NCBI GenBank assembly: GCA_964016885.1
Contig: OZ024752.1
Coordinates: forward strand, 17,050,001 to 17,114,000
Direction of reading: 5' to 3'
DNA length: 64,000 nucleotides
DNA from: Eledone cirrhosa
Lineage: Eukaryota
A model generated the notes under the pieces. It had not been told where the DNA came from. It saw only the letters and a list, made by a program, of their open reading frames with translations, and ran no database searches. How positions within the stretch are numbered: the stretch's first letter is position 1; every line of letters begins with the position of its first letter. A program made the translations under genes and the position numbers. Below are positions 26,492 to 39,007 of the stretch, in pieces.

Positions 26492-26904
26492 AGTTGTCCC
26501 CCTTGCTTCTGCTGGACATCACCAGAGGGCGTTAGCATAGCTACGGCTTCCTAAAATCGTATTTCTTTAGAAATACGAAATTTCTATACACACATATATA
26601 TATGTGTGTGTGTGTGTCTGTATGTGTGTATGTATGGTGATGGAGGTGTTGGTAGCTGTGGTAGTGGTGTGTGAGTGTATATATATATATATATATATAT
26701 GTTTGTGTGTGTGGTGGGGGAGTATTTGTCGTATATGAGGTAACAGGTGTGATATGATAATTGGAAATCATTTGAAAATGTCAGGTCAAATTTTGATGAC
26801 AAGATAGTGTGACATGCATATTTCATTGAACAGGTTAAGCAACAAGTCTTTGAAACCACAAAACACACTGAGTTTTTTGTTTCATAGACGTCATTTTGTT
26901 ACTG

Positions 26905-28870
26905 AAAATTGCAACTACTTCCTGTAGAAGAGAAAATTAGCACTACTTCCTGTAGAAGAGAAAATTACCACTACTTCCTGTAGAAGAGAAAATTACAACT
27001 ACTTTCTGTAGAAGAGAAATTTGCTACTTCCCGTAGAAGAGCACATTACAACTATTTCCTGTAGAAGAGAAAAATACAACTACTTCCTGTAGACGAGAAA
27101 ATTACAACTACTTCCTGTAGAAGAGAAAATTACAACTACTTCCTGTAGAAGAGAAAATTACAACTACTTCCTGTAGACGAGAAAATTACAATTACTTCCT
27201 GTACAAGAAAAAATTACAACTACTTCGTCTAGATAAGAACATTACAACTACTTCCTGTAGAAGAGCACATTACAACTACTTTCTGTAGAAGAGAAAAATA
27301 CAACTACTTCCTGTAGAAGAGAAAAATACAACTACTTCCTGTAGAAGAGAAAATTACAACTACTTACTGTAGAAGAGAAATTTGCTACTTCATGTAGAAG
27401 AGAAAATTACAACTTGCTGTAGAAGAGAAAATTACAACTATTTCCTCTAGAAGAGAAAAATACAACTACTTCCTGTAGACGAGAAAATTACAACTACTTC
27501 CTGTAGAAGAGAAAATTACAACTACTTCCTGTAGAAGAGAAAAATACAACTACTTCCTCTAGAAGAGAAAAATACAACTACTTCCTGTAGACGAGAAAAT
27601 TACAACTACTTCCTGTAGACGAGAAAATTACAACTACATCCTGTAGAAGAGAAAATTACAACTACTTCCTGTAGAAGAGAAAATTACAACTACTTCCTGT
27701 AGAAGAGAAAAATACAACTACTTCCTGTAGAAGAGAAAAATACAACTATTTCCTGTAGAAGAGAAAATTACAATTACTTCCTGTAGACGAGAAAATTACA
27801 ATTACTTCCTGTAGAAGAGAAAAATACAACTACTTCCTGTAGAAGAGAAAAATACAACTACTTCCTGTAGAAGAGAAAATTACAACTACTTACTGTAGAA
27901 CAGAAATTTGCTACTTCCTGTAGAAGAGAAAATTACAACTTGCTGTAGAAGAGACAATTACAACTATTTCCTCTAGAAGAGAAAAATACAACTACTTCCT
28001 GTAGACGAGAAAATTACAACTACTTCCTGTAGAAGAGAAAAATACAACTACTTCCTGTAGAAGAGAAAATTACCACTACTTCCTGAAGAAAAGAAAATTA
28101 CAACTACTTTCTGTAGAAGAGAAATTTGCTACTTCCCGTAGAAGAGCACATTACAACTATTTCCTGTAGAAGAGAAAAATACAACTACTTCCTGTAGACG
28201 AGAAAATTACAACTACTTCCTGTAGAAGAGAAAATTACAACTACTTCCTGTAGAAGAGAAAATTACAACTACTTCCTGTAGACGAGAAAATTACAATTAC
28301 TTCCTGTACAAGAGAAAATTACAACTACTTCGTCTAGATAAGAACATTACAACTACTTCCTGTAGAAGAACACATTACAACTACTTTCTGTAGAAGAGAA
28401 AAATACAACTACTTCCTGTAGAAGAGAAAAATACAACTACTTCCTGTAGAAGAGAAAATTACAACTACTTACTGTAGAAGAGAAATTTGCTACTTCCTGT
28501 AGAAGAGAAAATTACAACTTGCTGTAGAAGAGAAAATTACAACTATTTCCTCTAGAAGAGAAGAATACAACTTCTTCCTGTAGACGAGAAAATTACAACT
28601 GCTTCCTGTAGAAGAGAAAATTACAACTACTTCCTGTAGAAGAGAAAATTACAACTACTTCCTGTAGAAGAGAAAAATACAACTACTTCCTGTAGACGAG
28701 AAAAATACAACTACTTCCTGTAGAAGAGAAAAATACAACTATTTCCTGTAGAAGAGAAAATTACAATTACTTCCTGTAGACGAGAAAATTACAATTACTT
28801 CCTGTAGAAGAGACAAATACAACTACTTCCTGTAGAAGAGAAAAATACAACTACTTCCTGTAGAAGAGAA
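26905..28870 (+). repeat. 28-bp tandem minisatellite (~70 copies) with higher-order structure
   Basis: Unit ACAACTACTTCCTGTAGAAGAGAAAATT; diagnostic variants recur at ~1105-bp spacing. Confidence 0.95.
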
Positions 28871-28979
28871 CATACATGTAAAATATGTCCAGAAAAACCT
28901 TTAAAATTGAAATTTATAAATTAAAACAATAAAAAAGTAAAAATCTCAAATAGCATCTCAGATATGATATTTTATCCAC

Positions 28980-29450
28980 CCAGCTGGACCGAGGGGACGG
29001 CAAAAGGCCAGACGGTATGACCATCTTCCCGTTCCGCGGTGGAAAACCCCACGTCTGGGATGCCACTTGCAGTGACACTTTCTCCAGCCTTAACCTGGTG
29101 CAGTCTGCGACTAACCCAGGTTCTGCTGCACGTCGGGCTGAGGAGGGCAAACTATCCAAGTACCGGTCACTCTCCGACAGGTTCGCGGTCGTGCCCTTGG
29201 CAGTGGAAACTTCTGGTGTCCTTGGCCCTTGGGCTTCCTCCATACTCACCACCATAGGCGCTGATCTGGCCAGCCGCAGATGTGACCCTCGCGAGATGGA
29301 ATGGCTGTTCCAGCGCATCTCCCTTACCATCCTCCGGGGAAACGCCTTCTCCATTCTGTCCGCCGGGGCTGTGGGAAGGCCAGCACGTGGGATCCCATTT
29401 GCTCATAATACAGAGAGATGGGGAGGGCGAGAAAGAGGGAGGCGATGACA
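28980..29450 (+). mobile_element. CRE-like non-LTR retrotransposon 3' fragment (RLE)
   Basis: RPDGMTIFP..VWDATCSDT..AEEGKLSKY..PLAVETSGVLGP..FQRISLTILRGNA. Confidence 0.8.
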
Positions 29451-29727
29451 GTGGGAGTTCGGCTCCTCCATGTTCGGACCATACCCTTGAAATATATAAA
29501 GATGGAAATTTCAACAATTCCTAGACATTACCTTTTACTATTTTATATCTATTAATCAACTTGACCGGATGGGAGATAGACGTTATTTTGTAAATAAACC
29601 GATTTTAGGATGAATAACGTACGAATGAGCAGAGACCACAGAATACCATGTTGTTAGAATGTGGTAAATATAACAAGGTACTGGAGGTATTCGCACAAAA
29701 TCAGAGATGAGCTTACATATTGAGGGT

Positions 29728-29813
29728 TATCTGAGGATCTTTCGATTACAGAGTCAGGTTCGATCAATAATAGATCATTCCTCGAGCTGATCGACAGTGA
29801 AACATATGTAATA
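29728..29813 (+). ncRNA. Candidate hammerhead ribozyme
   Basis: TAT-CTGAGGA..TCGATTA/TGATCGA..GAAA-CATATG-TA-ATA. Palindromic helix III; helices I and II are imperfect. Confidence 0.55.
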
Positions 29814-29950
29814 TGTTATTAAATATGTTATGATGCAATACTGACTCTTTGTTTCTTTATTCTTATACTATTATACTGTGCTCTGCGCGAGCATCGAGTG
29901 CTCATCCGGCATACCAACTACAGACGCAATTATCTTGCACCTAATCACTC

Positions 29951-30028
<78 letters not shown>

Positions 30029-30299
30029 TAAAACATGTCTTTAGAATCACTAGATATAATATATACCATTTCCTCTCCTAATCACCATAATTAACCATAT
30101 AAGAAATCAATTAGACCAAGCTATAAGAATAAAGGCTCCTATGAAGAAATCTCCGACAAATAACCGAAAGCAGCCCCTTCGCGGTGGCTGCGATGGAGTA
30201 TTTATCGAACATTTCGACAACATGTAGAAATCGACCAGATGTACAGTCAACTAAACATAATTAGGTGTAAAATCAAACTTAGAAGAAATGCGTACATAC

Positions 30300-30373
30300 C
30301 TCTACCATGGTTTCATCCGTATTTTAAGACATCCGATAACAGGGAATGTCTAGAGCTTCGGATTCATCAGGAG
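30300..30373 (-). ncRNA. Type I hammerhead ribozyme (family B)
   Basis: Reverse complement of CTC-CTGATGA-ATCCG..CGGAT-GAAA-CCATGG-TA-GAG. Confidence 0.85.
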
Positions 30374-30556
30374 TGAACTCAAAATTAGACATTTAATTTT
30401 CCAAAGTGATCGCGCCAAAAATACATTCAAAAATGGCTAAGAATCGTGACGTGGCAGCGGTCAAGCTAGAAAGGATGTGATTAGTTGCTTACAACGTTTT
30501 TGAATGTATTTTTGGCGCGATCACTTTGGAAAATTAAATGTCTAATTTTGAGTTCA

Positions 30557-30630
30557 CTCCTGATGAATCCGAAGCTCTAGACAGTCCCTGTTATCGGATG
30601 TCTTAAAATACGGATGAAACCATGGTAGAG
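30557..30630 (+). ncRNA. Type I hammerhead ribozyme (family B)
   Basis: CTC-CTGATGA-ATCCG..CGGAT-GAAA-CCATGG-TA-GAG; GUA triplet. Confidence 0.85.
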
Positions 30631-31212
30631 GTAATTAGGTATGTACGCATTTCTTCTAAGTTTGATTTTACACCTAATTATGTTTAGTTGACTGTATATC
30701 TGGACGATTTCTACATGCTGTCGAAATGTTCGATAAATACTCCATCGTAGCCACCGCGAAGGGGCTGCTTTCGGTTATTTGTCGGAGATTTCTTCATAGG
30801 AGCCTTTATTCTTATAGCTTGGTCTAATTGATTTTTTATATGGTTAATTATGTTGATTGGGAGAGGAAATGGTATATATTATATCTAGTGATTCTAAAGA
30901 CATGTTTTATGATATATAGCTCTGATTATTTAATTTATTAATTCTTCATTGAGCCACAACGTGACCTGTTGCAAAACACATATATATCTATGACTTTATA
31001 TATATGTAAACCTTTATATGTAATAATCTCCCGTTTGGTTGAGATACAATTTGGCTATATTGGGCTGCGCTTTCAGCAATAAGCCTACCCGCCGTAAGCA
31101 ACTAATCACATCCTTTCTAGCTTGACCGCTGCCACGTCACGATTCTTAGGCATTTTTGAATGTATTTTTGGCACGATCACTTTGGAAAATTAAATGTCTA
31201 ATTTTGAGTTCA

Positions 31213-31286
31213 CTCCTGATGAATCCGAAGCTCTAGACAGTCCCTGTTATCGGATGTCTTAAAATACGGATGAAACCATGGTAGAG
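31213..31286 (+). ncRNA. Type I hammerhead ribozyme (family B)
   Basis: Same motif, second tandem unit. Confidence 0.85.
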
Positions 31287-31868
31287 GTAATTAGGTATGT
31301 ACGCATTTCTTCTAAGTTTGATTTTACACCTAATTATGTTTAGTTGACTGTATATCTGGACGATTTCTACATGCTGTCGAAATGTTCGATAAATACTCCA
31401 TCGTAGCGACCGCGTAGGGGCTGCTTTCGGTTATTTGCCGGCGATTTCTTCATAGGAGCCTTTATTCTCATAGCTTGGTCTAATTGATTTTTTATATGGT
31501 TAATTATGCTGATTGGGAGAGGAAATGGTATATATTATATCTAGTGATTCTAAAGACATGTTTTATGATATATAGCTCTGATTATTTAATTTATTAATTC
31601 TTCATTGAGCCACAACGTGACCTGTTGCAAAACACATATATATCTATGACTTTATATATATGTAAACCTTTATATGTAATAATCTCCCGTTAGGTTGAGA
31701 TACAATTTGGCTATATTGGGCTGCGCTTTCAGCAATAAGCCTACCCGCCATAAGCAACTAATCACATCCTTTTTAGCTTGACCGCTGCCACGTCACGATT
31801 CTTAGCCATTTTTGACTGTATTTTTGGCGCGATCACTTTGGAAAATTAAATGTCTAATTTTGAGTTCA

Positions 31869-31942
31869 CTCCTGATGAATCCGAAGCTCTAGACATTCCC
31901 TGTTATCGGATGTCTTAAAATACGGATGAAACCATGGTAGAG
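31869..31942 (+). ncRNA. Type I hammerhead ribozyme (family B)
   Basis: Same motif, third tandem unit. Confidence 0.85.
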
Positions 31943-32798
31943 GTATATAGGTATGTACGCATTTCTTCTAAGTTTGATTTTACACCTAATTATGTTTAGT
32001 TGACTGTATATCTGGACGATTTCTGCATGCTGTCGAAATGTTCGATAAATACTCCATCGTAGCCACCGCGAAGGGGCTGCTTTCGGTTATTTGTCGGAGA
32101 TTTCTTCATAGGAGCCTTTATTCTTATAGCTTGGTGTAATTGATTTTTTTATATGACAAAGAGCTCAGGATTTCTTCTCCTTTGAGCACATTATTTACAG
32201 GGAATAGCGAGAGCCTATGCCTCCGTTAATTTATCGTGATATTTCGCTCCTAATAACAGTCTTTCCTACCTCAGTTTGGTTGAGCACACTTCTCTGAGTG
32301 GCTTTGGGCTGCCCTTTCTAGCAGTTCGTCCCCCAGAGGCCACTGGTTCACTGCCCTTAAACACGCTGTGACTTCTCCCTCCCATGTGTAGCTGGACAGT
32401 CAATTTTAAAATTCTCTTAGTGTTGTCTGAAATGTATAGCCTTACACACGGTGATGAACCGAGGCTAACCCATTGCTTTCAACAAATTATTGGTGAAACA
32501 TATCTTTGGATTAGTGTCTTTGGATTTGTACGTGTGTTATATAGTTATAGAGGTATTTATTTACGCTTTAATTTATATTTTTAATTATCATGTCTATAGT
32601 CTGCCTTTCATAAATTATAGATTCCATACACTGGTGGTTTTTTTCCCCTGTTTTATTGATAACGCACTATATATCTCTCTCTGGTGTGTTACCTTTTCAA
32701 CATATTGTATTTTAAAGAGCTCAAGATTTCTTCTCCTTTGAGCACATTATTTACAGGGAATAGCGAGGGCCTATGCCTCCGTTAATTTATCGTGTTAT

Positions 32799-32842
<44 letters not shown>

Positions 32843-33313
32843 GGGGTGGGGGTGCGCGCGTGTGTGTGAGTATGTATTTGTGAATGTGTCTGTTGACATC
32901 TGGAATATGGCTTAAGAGAAACTTGAAGATAATGGTATGATAGGCACTCAATATTTTGAACTGGTCTATAGAATTCTCTAGGCCTTTATCACTCTAAGAA
33001 GAATTAGCTTTTAAAGAATTTCCCTTTTCTTTAAATCCATCAACCATGACTGACCACCAACGATCTTATAGACACCTGAAATATAGGCATTGTTAGCTTA
33101 AGAGAAACTTAAAAATAAGGAGTGGCACCCATTCTGAACTTGTTTATAGAATTCTTTCTGCCTTTGTTACTCTAAATATAAATTATAGCTTTAAAGAATT
33201 AGCTTTTATTGAATTCTCTTTTCTATCAACCAATGACCTCTACCCATCGCACTCCCCACCTTCCCCTACCACCTGAAGAGATCTATAAATACCATATTTA
33301 TTTTTTGATACCC

Positions 33314-33364
33314 AGATTCCTGATGATTTCTAAAGAATGAAACAGTTCTAGTCCTGTAGAATCT
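33314..33364 (+). ncRNA. Type I hammerhead ribozyme
   Basis: AGATTC-CTGATGA-TTTCTAAAGAAT-GAAA-CAG(ttctagtc)CTG-TA-GAATCT; 6-bp helix I. Confidence 0.85.
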
Positions 33365-33461
33365 CATCTATATTAAAACTTTTATGCTCTGCTATGTATT
33401 GAGTACCTTAATTACTGTGGTTACCTCCGATTCAACCCGGAATAACGTATATATATATAAC

Positions 33462-33546
<85 letters not shown>

Positions 33547-33737
33547 GGTTTGAGGTTCACCACTGTATAGAGCTGGTCTATTCCGTATGGTCAATCGTAA
33601 TGCAATAATATAGAGAGTACTCAACGTAAAGCAGTTCAACCGTCTTTGTTTTTGTAGTTGGTGGTGCTATTACGGAGTTAAATATTATAATGAAATGACA
33701 GGAGGCTGGATTTGTGTAAATCCTTGAAAGGTTTATT

Positions 33738-33795
33738 ATACTATGATCATTTCAATGACCGGGTTCCGTATGAATCCGGTGATATCATCAGGTAT
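33738..33795 (-). ncRNA. Type I hammerhead ribozyme
   Basis: Reverse complement of 34424-34481. Confidence 0.75.
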
Positions 33796-34423
33796 TCGAA
33801 ATATAATACGTGAATGTAATAGATAAAATCCATGGGGATTTTAACTTCATCCTAGAAGTCTAAACACTATAACACACTGACTCCCAATATATTCACCTCT
33901 GCTAAGATGCGGGTCCCTGTGAACATTTTCTCGCGCCACTCCTGGCTTGACTGTGGCCTGACATTAATATCGACCTTTCTTCCTCTTTCTTTCTATCTTC
34001 CTTCTTGTAGCCATCAACCCTTACTTTTCTACTTCTCTCTTCCCTCCCTTCTCTTCTCCCCTCCTCCTGTCTTCCTCCCGCAGACTTATCTTCCTTCCCC
34101 CTCTTGCTTGCCTATATCTGACCAGTAGTAGTTGCCTTTCTTCTTTTAGCTGACATTAACCCTGACTTCTCTTCTTCTTTCTTCCCCCTTCTTCTCTCTC
34201 CTTCCTTTCTTTCTTTTACCTTGTGTCATGAGATCGACGTTAACTTATGCTACCATCCCTTTCTGTTTTCGTTTATCTGACCGGTAGTAGCATACTATAA
34301 ACTTTAGTCACGTCACTCCAGGGCGACCGGCTGAGGTTGAAGGAACAGAATAGCGGTTGCCCTCGGGTCCTCGATTTTCAGCCCCATGGATTTTATCTAT
34401 TACATTCACGTATTATATTTCGA

Positions 34424-34481
34424 ATACCTGATGATATCACCGGATTCATACGGAACCCGGTCATTGAAATGATCATAGTAT
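34424..34481 (+). ncRNA. Type I hammerhead ribozyme
   Basis: ATAC-CTGATGA-..ACCGG..CCGGT..-GAAA-TGATCA-TA-GTAT; palindromic helix III. Confidence 0.75.
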
Positions 34482-34542
34482 AATAAACCTTTCAAGGATT
34501 TACACAAATCCAGCCTCCTGTCATTTCATTATAATATTATAT

Positions 34543-34630
<88 letters not shown>

Positions 34631-35090
34631 TAAAACATGAGAAGAAAGAATACTGCGTGGTTGCACATGGGTTACATATGATAAAAATAGTCCTTCGTCA
34701 GTGATTTTCCAACCTTCATTGGTATTTCATCGCTTTAAAAATCATATACCTTCGGTTGGTGCGAACAATAGCTAAATAAAGCTATTGGGACAAGTAAATC
34801 GCGTAAAGCGAGCGAGACAGTAAACAACAGGGAAGGATAGCAACGCAAAGATAGGAAAAAACAAGCAGCATGGGAATCCGGTCAGCTTAAGCTGGGTGGA
34901 TTTCATGAGCGAGAGGGAAATACAGACCATCCGACGTGAGTGAGATGTGAGCAAGAAGAGAACCCACTACAGGCCAAACGGGAGGAAGTGAAAAGGGGAG
35001 AAACAGAGAGTGAGTGAGTGGAAGTGCGAGGAAGAGGCCAGTCGAGAGAAAGTGTAACTGACAGAGGGAGCGAAAGAAGGTGAGAGAAAC

Positions 35091-35121
<31 letters not shown>

Positions 35122-35128
35122 TACATGT

Positions 35129-35204
<76 letters not shown>

Positions 35205-35844
35205 CAATATATAGAGGAGATAACACGAGAGAGTTTGTTTTCAATTACAGGGGTATAAGGCAACGAGAGTGAAAAATAAAAAAAAACATAATTAAAGAGA
35301 TAAATTAAAATGTATAAACCCACCTTTATAACTATAAAACACCTGGACAGACTCAGAGAGAATGCATTACCATAAACTGTGTAAGAATCATAACGACTCA
35401 GGGTTCGTCAGCAGGTTTAAATAAGGTACGTCTCCCATTTCTAAATAGACATTAGATAATTAACGTGTTGTACGTGTAGGGAGAAGGAAAATACGCGCGC
35501 CAGACAGTACATAGTGGCTCCTATGGATAAATAAACTGCCTGAAATGGCAGCTTATAACCATTCAACTGAAAAGGCGCAACAGAGAAATTAGTAAGGAGC
35601 TGAAATATCAAATGAAGCAACGGAGTTAGAGACTCGCGTGTATCCCTGTAATTAAATGAGCTGAAGGAATAAGTACCGGGCTCTTCATAATACAGTATAG
35701 ACAGGAGAAAACAGAAAAGAGTATGTTTTCAATTACAGCGCGAGTCTTTAACTCTGTTGTTTCATTTGATATATATATATATATATATATATCAAATGAG
35801 TGCTCACCCGGGTGAACCTGCAGTAACTCCTAGTTACACCCACT

Positions 35845-35896
<52 letters not shown>

Positions 35897-35899
<3 letters not shown>

Positions 35900-36530
35900 C
35901 CCAGAAAAACATGGGACGAGCTGATAAATTCCGACCTCACACGCTTACACCTCTCCAAGACAATGTCACTGGACCGAGACCTTTGGCGGTACTCAGTAAT
36001 AGAGAAGACCCGCCTTACCTAAATACAAAGTAAAAACCTACTACAGTCAGTAGGCATCTCTATCAAAACACACCCCCGTCCCACCACCTCCACCCCACCC
36101 ACACCGCCCCTTTCAATGTAAAGTTATGTTGGTCCCACAACATCCAGGCCGAAACAAATGAGATCGTGTAGGTGTCACGACAAAAACACACAGTCCACGC
36201 TGTAAATGTGGCCGTGTAGGCAACACGGTAAAAACCTCCCAGCCCCACACTGTAAATGTGGTTGGTGTTAGGAAGGGCATCCAGCTGTAGAAAACCCGCC
36301 AGACAGTCCACGCTGTAATGTGGCCGTGTAGGCAACACGGTAAAAACCTCCCAGCCCCACACTGTAAATGTGGTTGGTGTTAGGAAGGGCATCCAACTGT
36401 AGAAAACCCGCCAGACAGTCCTATGCGAGCAAGACAACCACTCTTGCCTCAAGTGGGAAAACCCCCGTCCAAACCCATGCAAGCGTGGAACACGGACGCT
36501 AAACCTGATGATGATGATGATGATGATGAT
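35897..36530 (+). mobile_element. LINE 3' remnant followed by a SINE-like repeat with (GAT)n tail and internal ~120-bp tandem duplication
   Basis: PRKTWDELINSDL..DRDLWR at ~35900-36010. GGTGTTAGGAAGGGCATCC occurs twice (~36264, ~36376). Ends AACCCATGC..GGACGCTAAACC(TGA)n. Confidence 0.6.
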
Positions 36531-36689
36531 ATACAATGCAAACACCAAAACCAACCACTAGCACAACCCGAAACAACACCGCACAGACAACACATCACAA
36601 CAACCAACTACATGCTAACTCCAAACAGAATCTGACCAACCGGCAATAAAACAACAACCCCATAACTCCCAGCTGTAACCGCAAAAAGC

Positions 36690-37120
36690 GGGGGGAATGC
36701 CCACTGAGCGGGAAGTGCCTCGTTTAATACATTATATACCAGTACGATGTCACAGCCGGTCGGAAGGAATACACCTATATAGGCGCGACCTCGACTACAT
36801 TTAAAGAGCGTTTGTACAACCACAAAAGCTCTTTCAACCACAGACCTAAGCGTTCCCAAACCAGTCGGGCCGATTTAATCTGGAACCTCAAAGATAGGAA
36901 TCTGAAATACCAGATCAAATGGTCCGTTTGGAGACGCATGGCCCAACTTTCCAGCAGAGGAAGCCACTGCAGGTTGTGCCTGGCAGAATCGGTAGAAATC
37001 ATTAAATTAAAATCGGTCATTAATTTGAGATCGGAAATCCTCATAAACTGCAGACACACCGAAAAGCATAATTCTCTGCCATGGTATATGGGCAGTAACC
37101 ACAGACCGACCAAAACTTAA
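36690..37120 (+). mobile_element. Penelope-like GIY-YIG endonuclease fragment
   Basis: TYIGATSTTFKERLYNHKSSF..IKWS..CRLCLAE..INLRSE...CRH. Confidence 0.75.
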
Positions 37121-37583
37121 CCACCTGAAATTAGACAACGATAGACACAACATCCTAGTAACTGCTAACTTTATCATCGTCTCCATTACTACTGTTACGT
37201 TCATTACAATTGATGTTCTTGTTAATATTACATTGCATCCTTTATCATGTCCCTCATCACTAAACATATCACCGTATATCCACAACTCTCAACCACACTA
37301 ACACATACCACATACCCTTAAGGCACACACAAACCAGCAGCGCCATGCACATCACCCCAATTGATTTCATCACTTCCATTTGTATTACCAATTTCATCAC
37401 CGTTATTTAACATTACAGGGGCGGTGGATTGGCAGGTTCTTTCTATTTCAAGGTTAACGCTTGAAATAGAAGGAACATGGTCTTATCGTTTCGGTCGCTT
37501 GTCCTTCATCAAAAGAAAGTATGTTAAATAAGATAAACTGAAGGGTGAATGCAGCGATTCTTTGCATAAACTTTAATCTGTTA

Positions 37584-37629
<46 letters not shown>

Positions 37630-37660
37630 ATCAAAAGATGGTTAAAAGAGTTCCAAGTAT

Positions 37661-37727
37661 TTTATTATGCGCATTTCAAAAACATATATCATCATGGGAT
37701 GATATCTGCGTTCTCATCAGATAAAAT
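37661..37727 (-). ncRNA. Type I hammerhead ribozyme
   Basis: Minus strand: UUUUAU-CUGAUGA-GAAC..GUUUUU-GAAA-UGCGCA-UA-AUAAAA. Confidence 0.75.
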
Positions 37728-37874
37728 AGGGAGACATGAGCTGAAGCTTAAAAAACACTTGTGAGCAGCGAGGTTTTAAATCAACATATCTTATATTAGT
37801 TATACCCCAGTCCTAGAGTGCTACTTATCCGATATTTGCATTGCTTTATTGTGCTACAATAAAATTCACCTCCT

Positions 37875-37906
<32 letters not shown>

Positions 37907-38167
37907 TTCGTTTTCTGAATTTGTTTAGCAAGATTCTTTATCTGAAAACGTGTGTTGAAACCGATATTGTTATACTTTGGGAGGGTCATGTTGCCAATAA
38001 GAAACACACGTACCAGTTGCTTTCACTCCAATTTATTATAAATCAAGAAATTTTTTCAAAAAAAAAAAAAAGAATTTATGTAAAAGAATTTATTTTTTAT
38101 TTTTTTTTTTTTAAATTTATAAATTTCCGGTTGGTTGGTTCCACAACCGGATGGTTGTTCATATATT

Positions 38168-38210
38168 GTCAAAGTTATTTCGTCACACATTGTGTGACCT
38201 CTTCAGTGAC
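38168..38210 (-). ncRNA. Minimal hammerhead in a solo Penelope-type pLTR fragment (~37915-38290)
   Basis: Minus strand: GUCA-CUGAAGA-G-GUCACAC(aau)GUGUGAC-GAAA-UAAC-UU-UGAC. The neighbouring TATTGTTATACTTTGGGAGGGTCA matches the Penelope terminus at 17887. Confidence 0.75.
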
Positions 38211-38354
38211 TGGCGATTTCTTTCTTTGTTTTGTGCCAGTCCTTTGTTCCGTCCTACGCCATCTTGTTTTTGTATATATAGTAATAATAATAAATTTGAA
38301 TAATTCTTTGCTTAAACTTTAATCTGTTATTTTAATAAATAAATAAATAAATAA

Positions 38355-38509
<155 letters not shown>

Positions 38510-38657
38510 TAACAGATTAAAGTTTAAGCAAAGCCGCAATTCTTTGCTTAAACTTAATGTGTTATTTTAAATATTTGCTCTAGGGTTCTTATATATTTGA
38601 TATATATTTATGCTTATCGAGCCCTCTTTGGAGTTTAGTCTTCTCATTTATTATTAT

Positions 38658-38715
<58 letters not shown>

Positions 38716-39007
38716 TATAAAGCATGTCCATAGAATCATTCGATAATATATATACACCATTTCCTCTCCCAATTAGCATAATCAACCACACAAAAAAACA
38801 ATTAAACCAGGCTATAAGATTAAAAGCACCTATGAAGAAATTGTAGATAGATAAACGACAGCCATCTATTAGCGATCAACCGCTATAGAATATTTACCCA
38901 ACATTTCAATAGCACGTGGAAATCGATTAAATATACCTTCAACCATACACAATTAGGTATAAAATTAAAGTTAGAAGAAAAAATGCATATACACATACCA
39001 GGATTAC

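Larger units (their letters stand above)
30027..32155. repeat. Hammerhead-bearing 656-bp unit: one inverted partial copy (30027-30497) plus ~2.5 tandem copies
   Basis: CTGATGA at 30560, 31216 and 31872 (period 656). 30027-30497 is a reverse complement. No ORF; (TA)n on the left. Confidence 0.92.
33681..34538. repeat. ~156-bp inverted repeat, each arm carrying a hammerhead, around a pyrimidine-rich spacer
   Basis: 33681-33837 is the reverse complement of 34382-34538. Confidence 0.88.

Noticed and set aside
26905-28870. CRISPR-like array (28-bp repeats with dyad symmetry)
   Set aside because: Units are head-to-tail with no unique spacers, there are no cas genes, and the context is eukaryotic.
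34685-34705. Minus-strand CUGACGA-AGGAC (and CUGAUGA-AGGAC at ~54562)
   Set aside because: The same repeat family in both places, but there is no GAAA/helix III half; at best truncated hammerheads, so not counted.
35395-35418. Minus-strand CUGACGA motif
   Set aside because: Could not find a matching helix II-GAAA-UH continuation.
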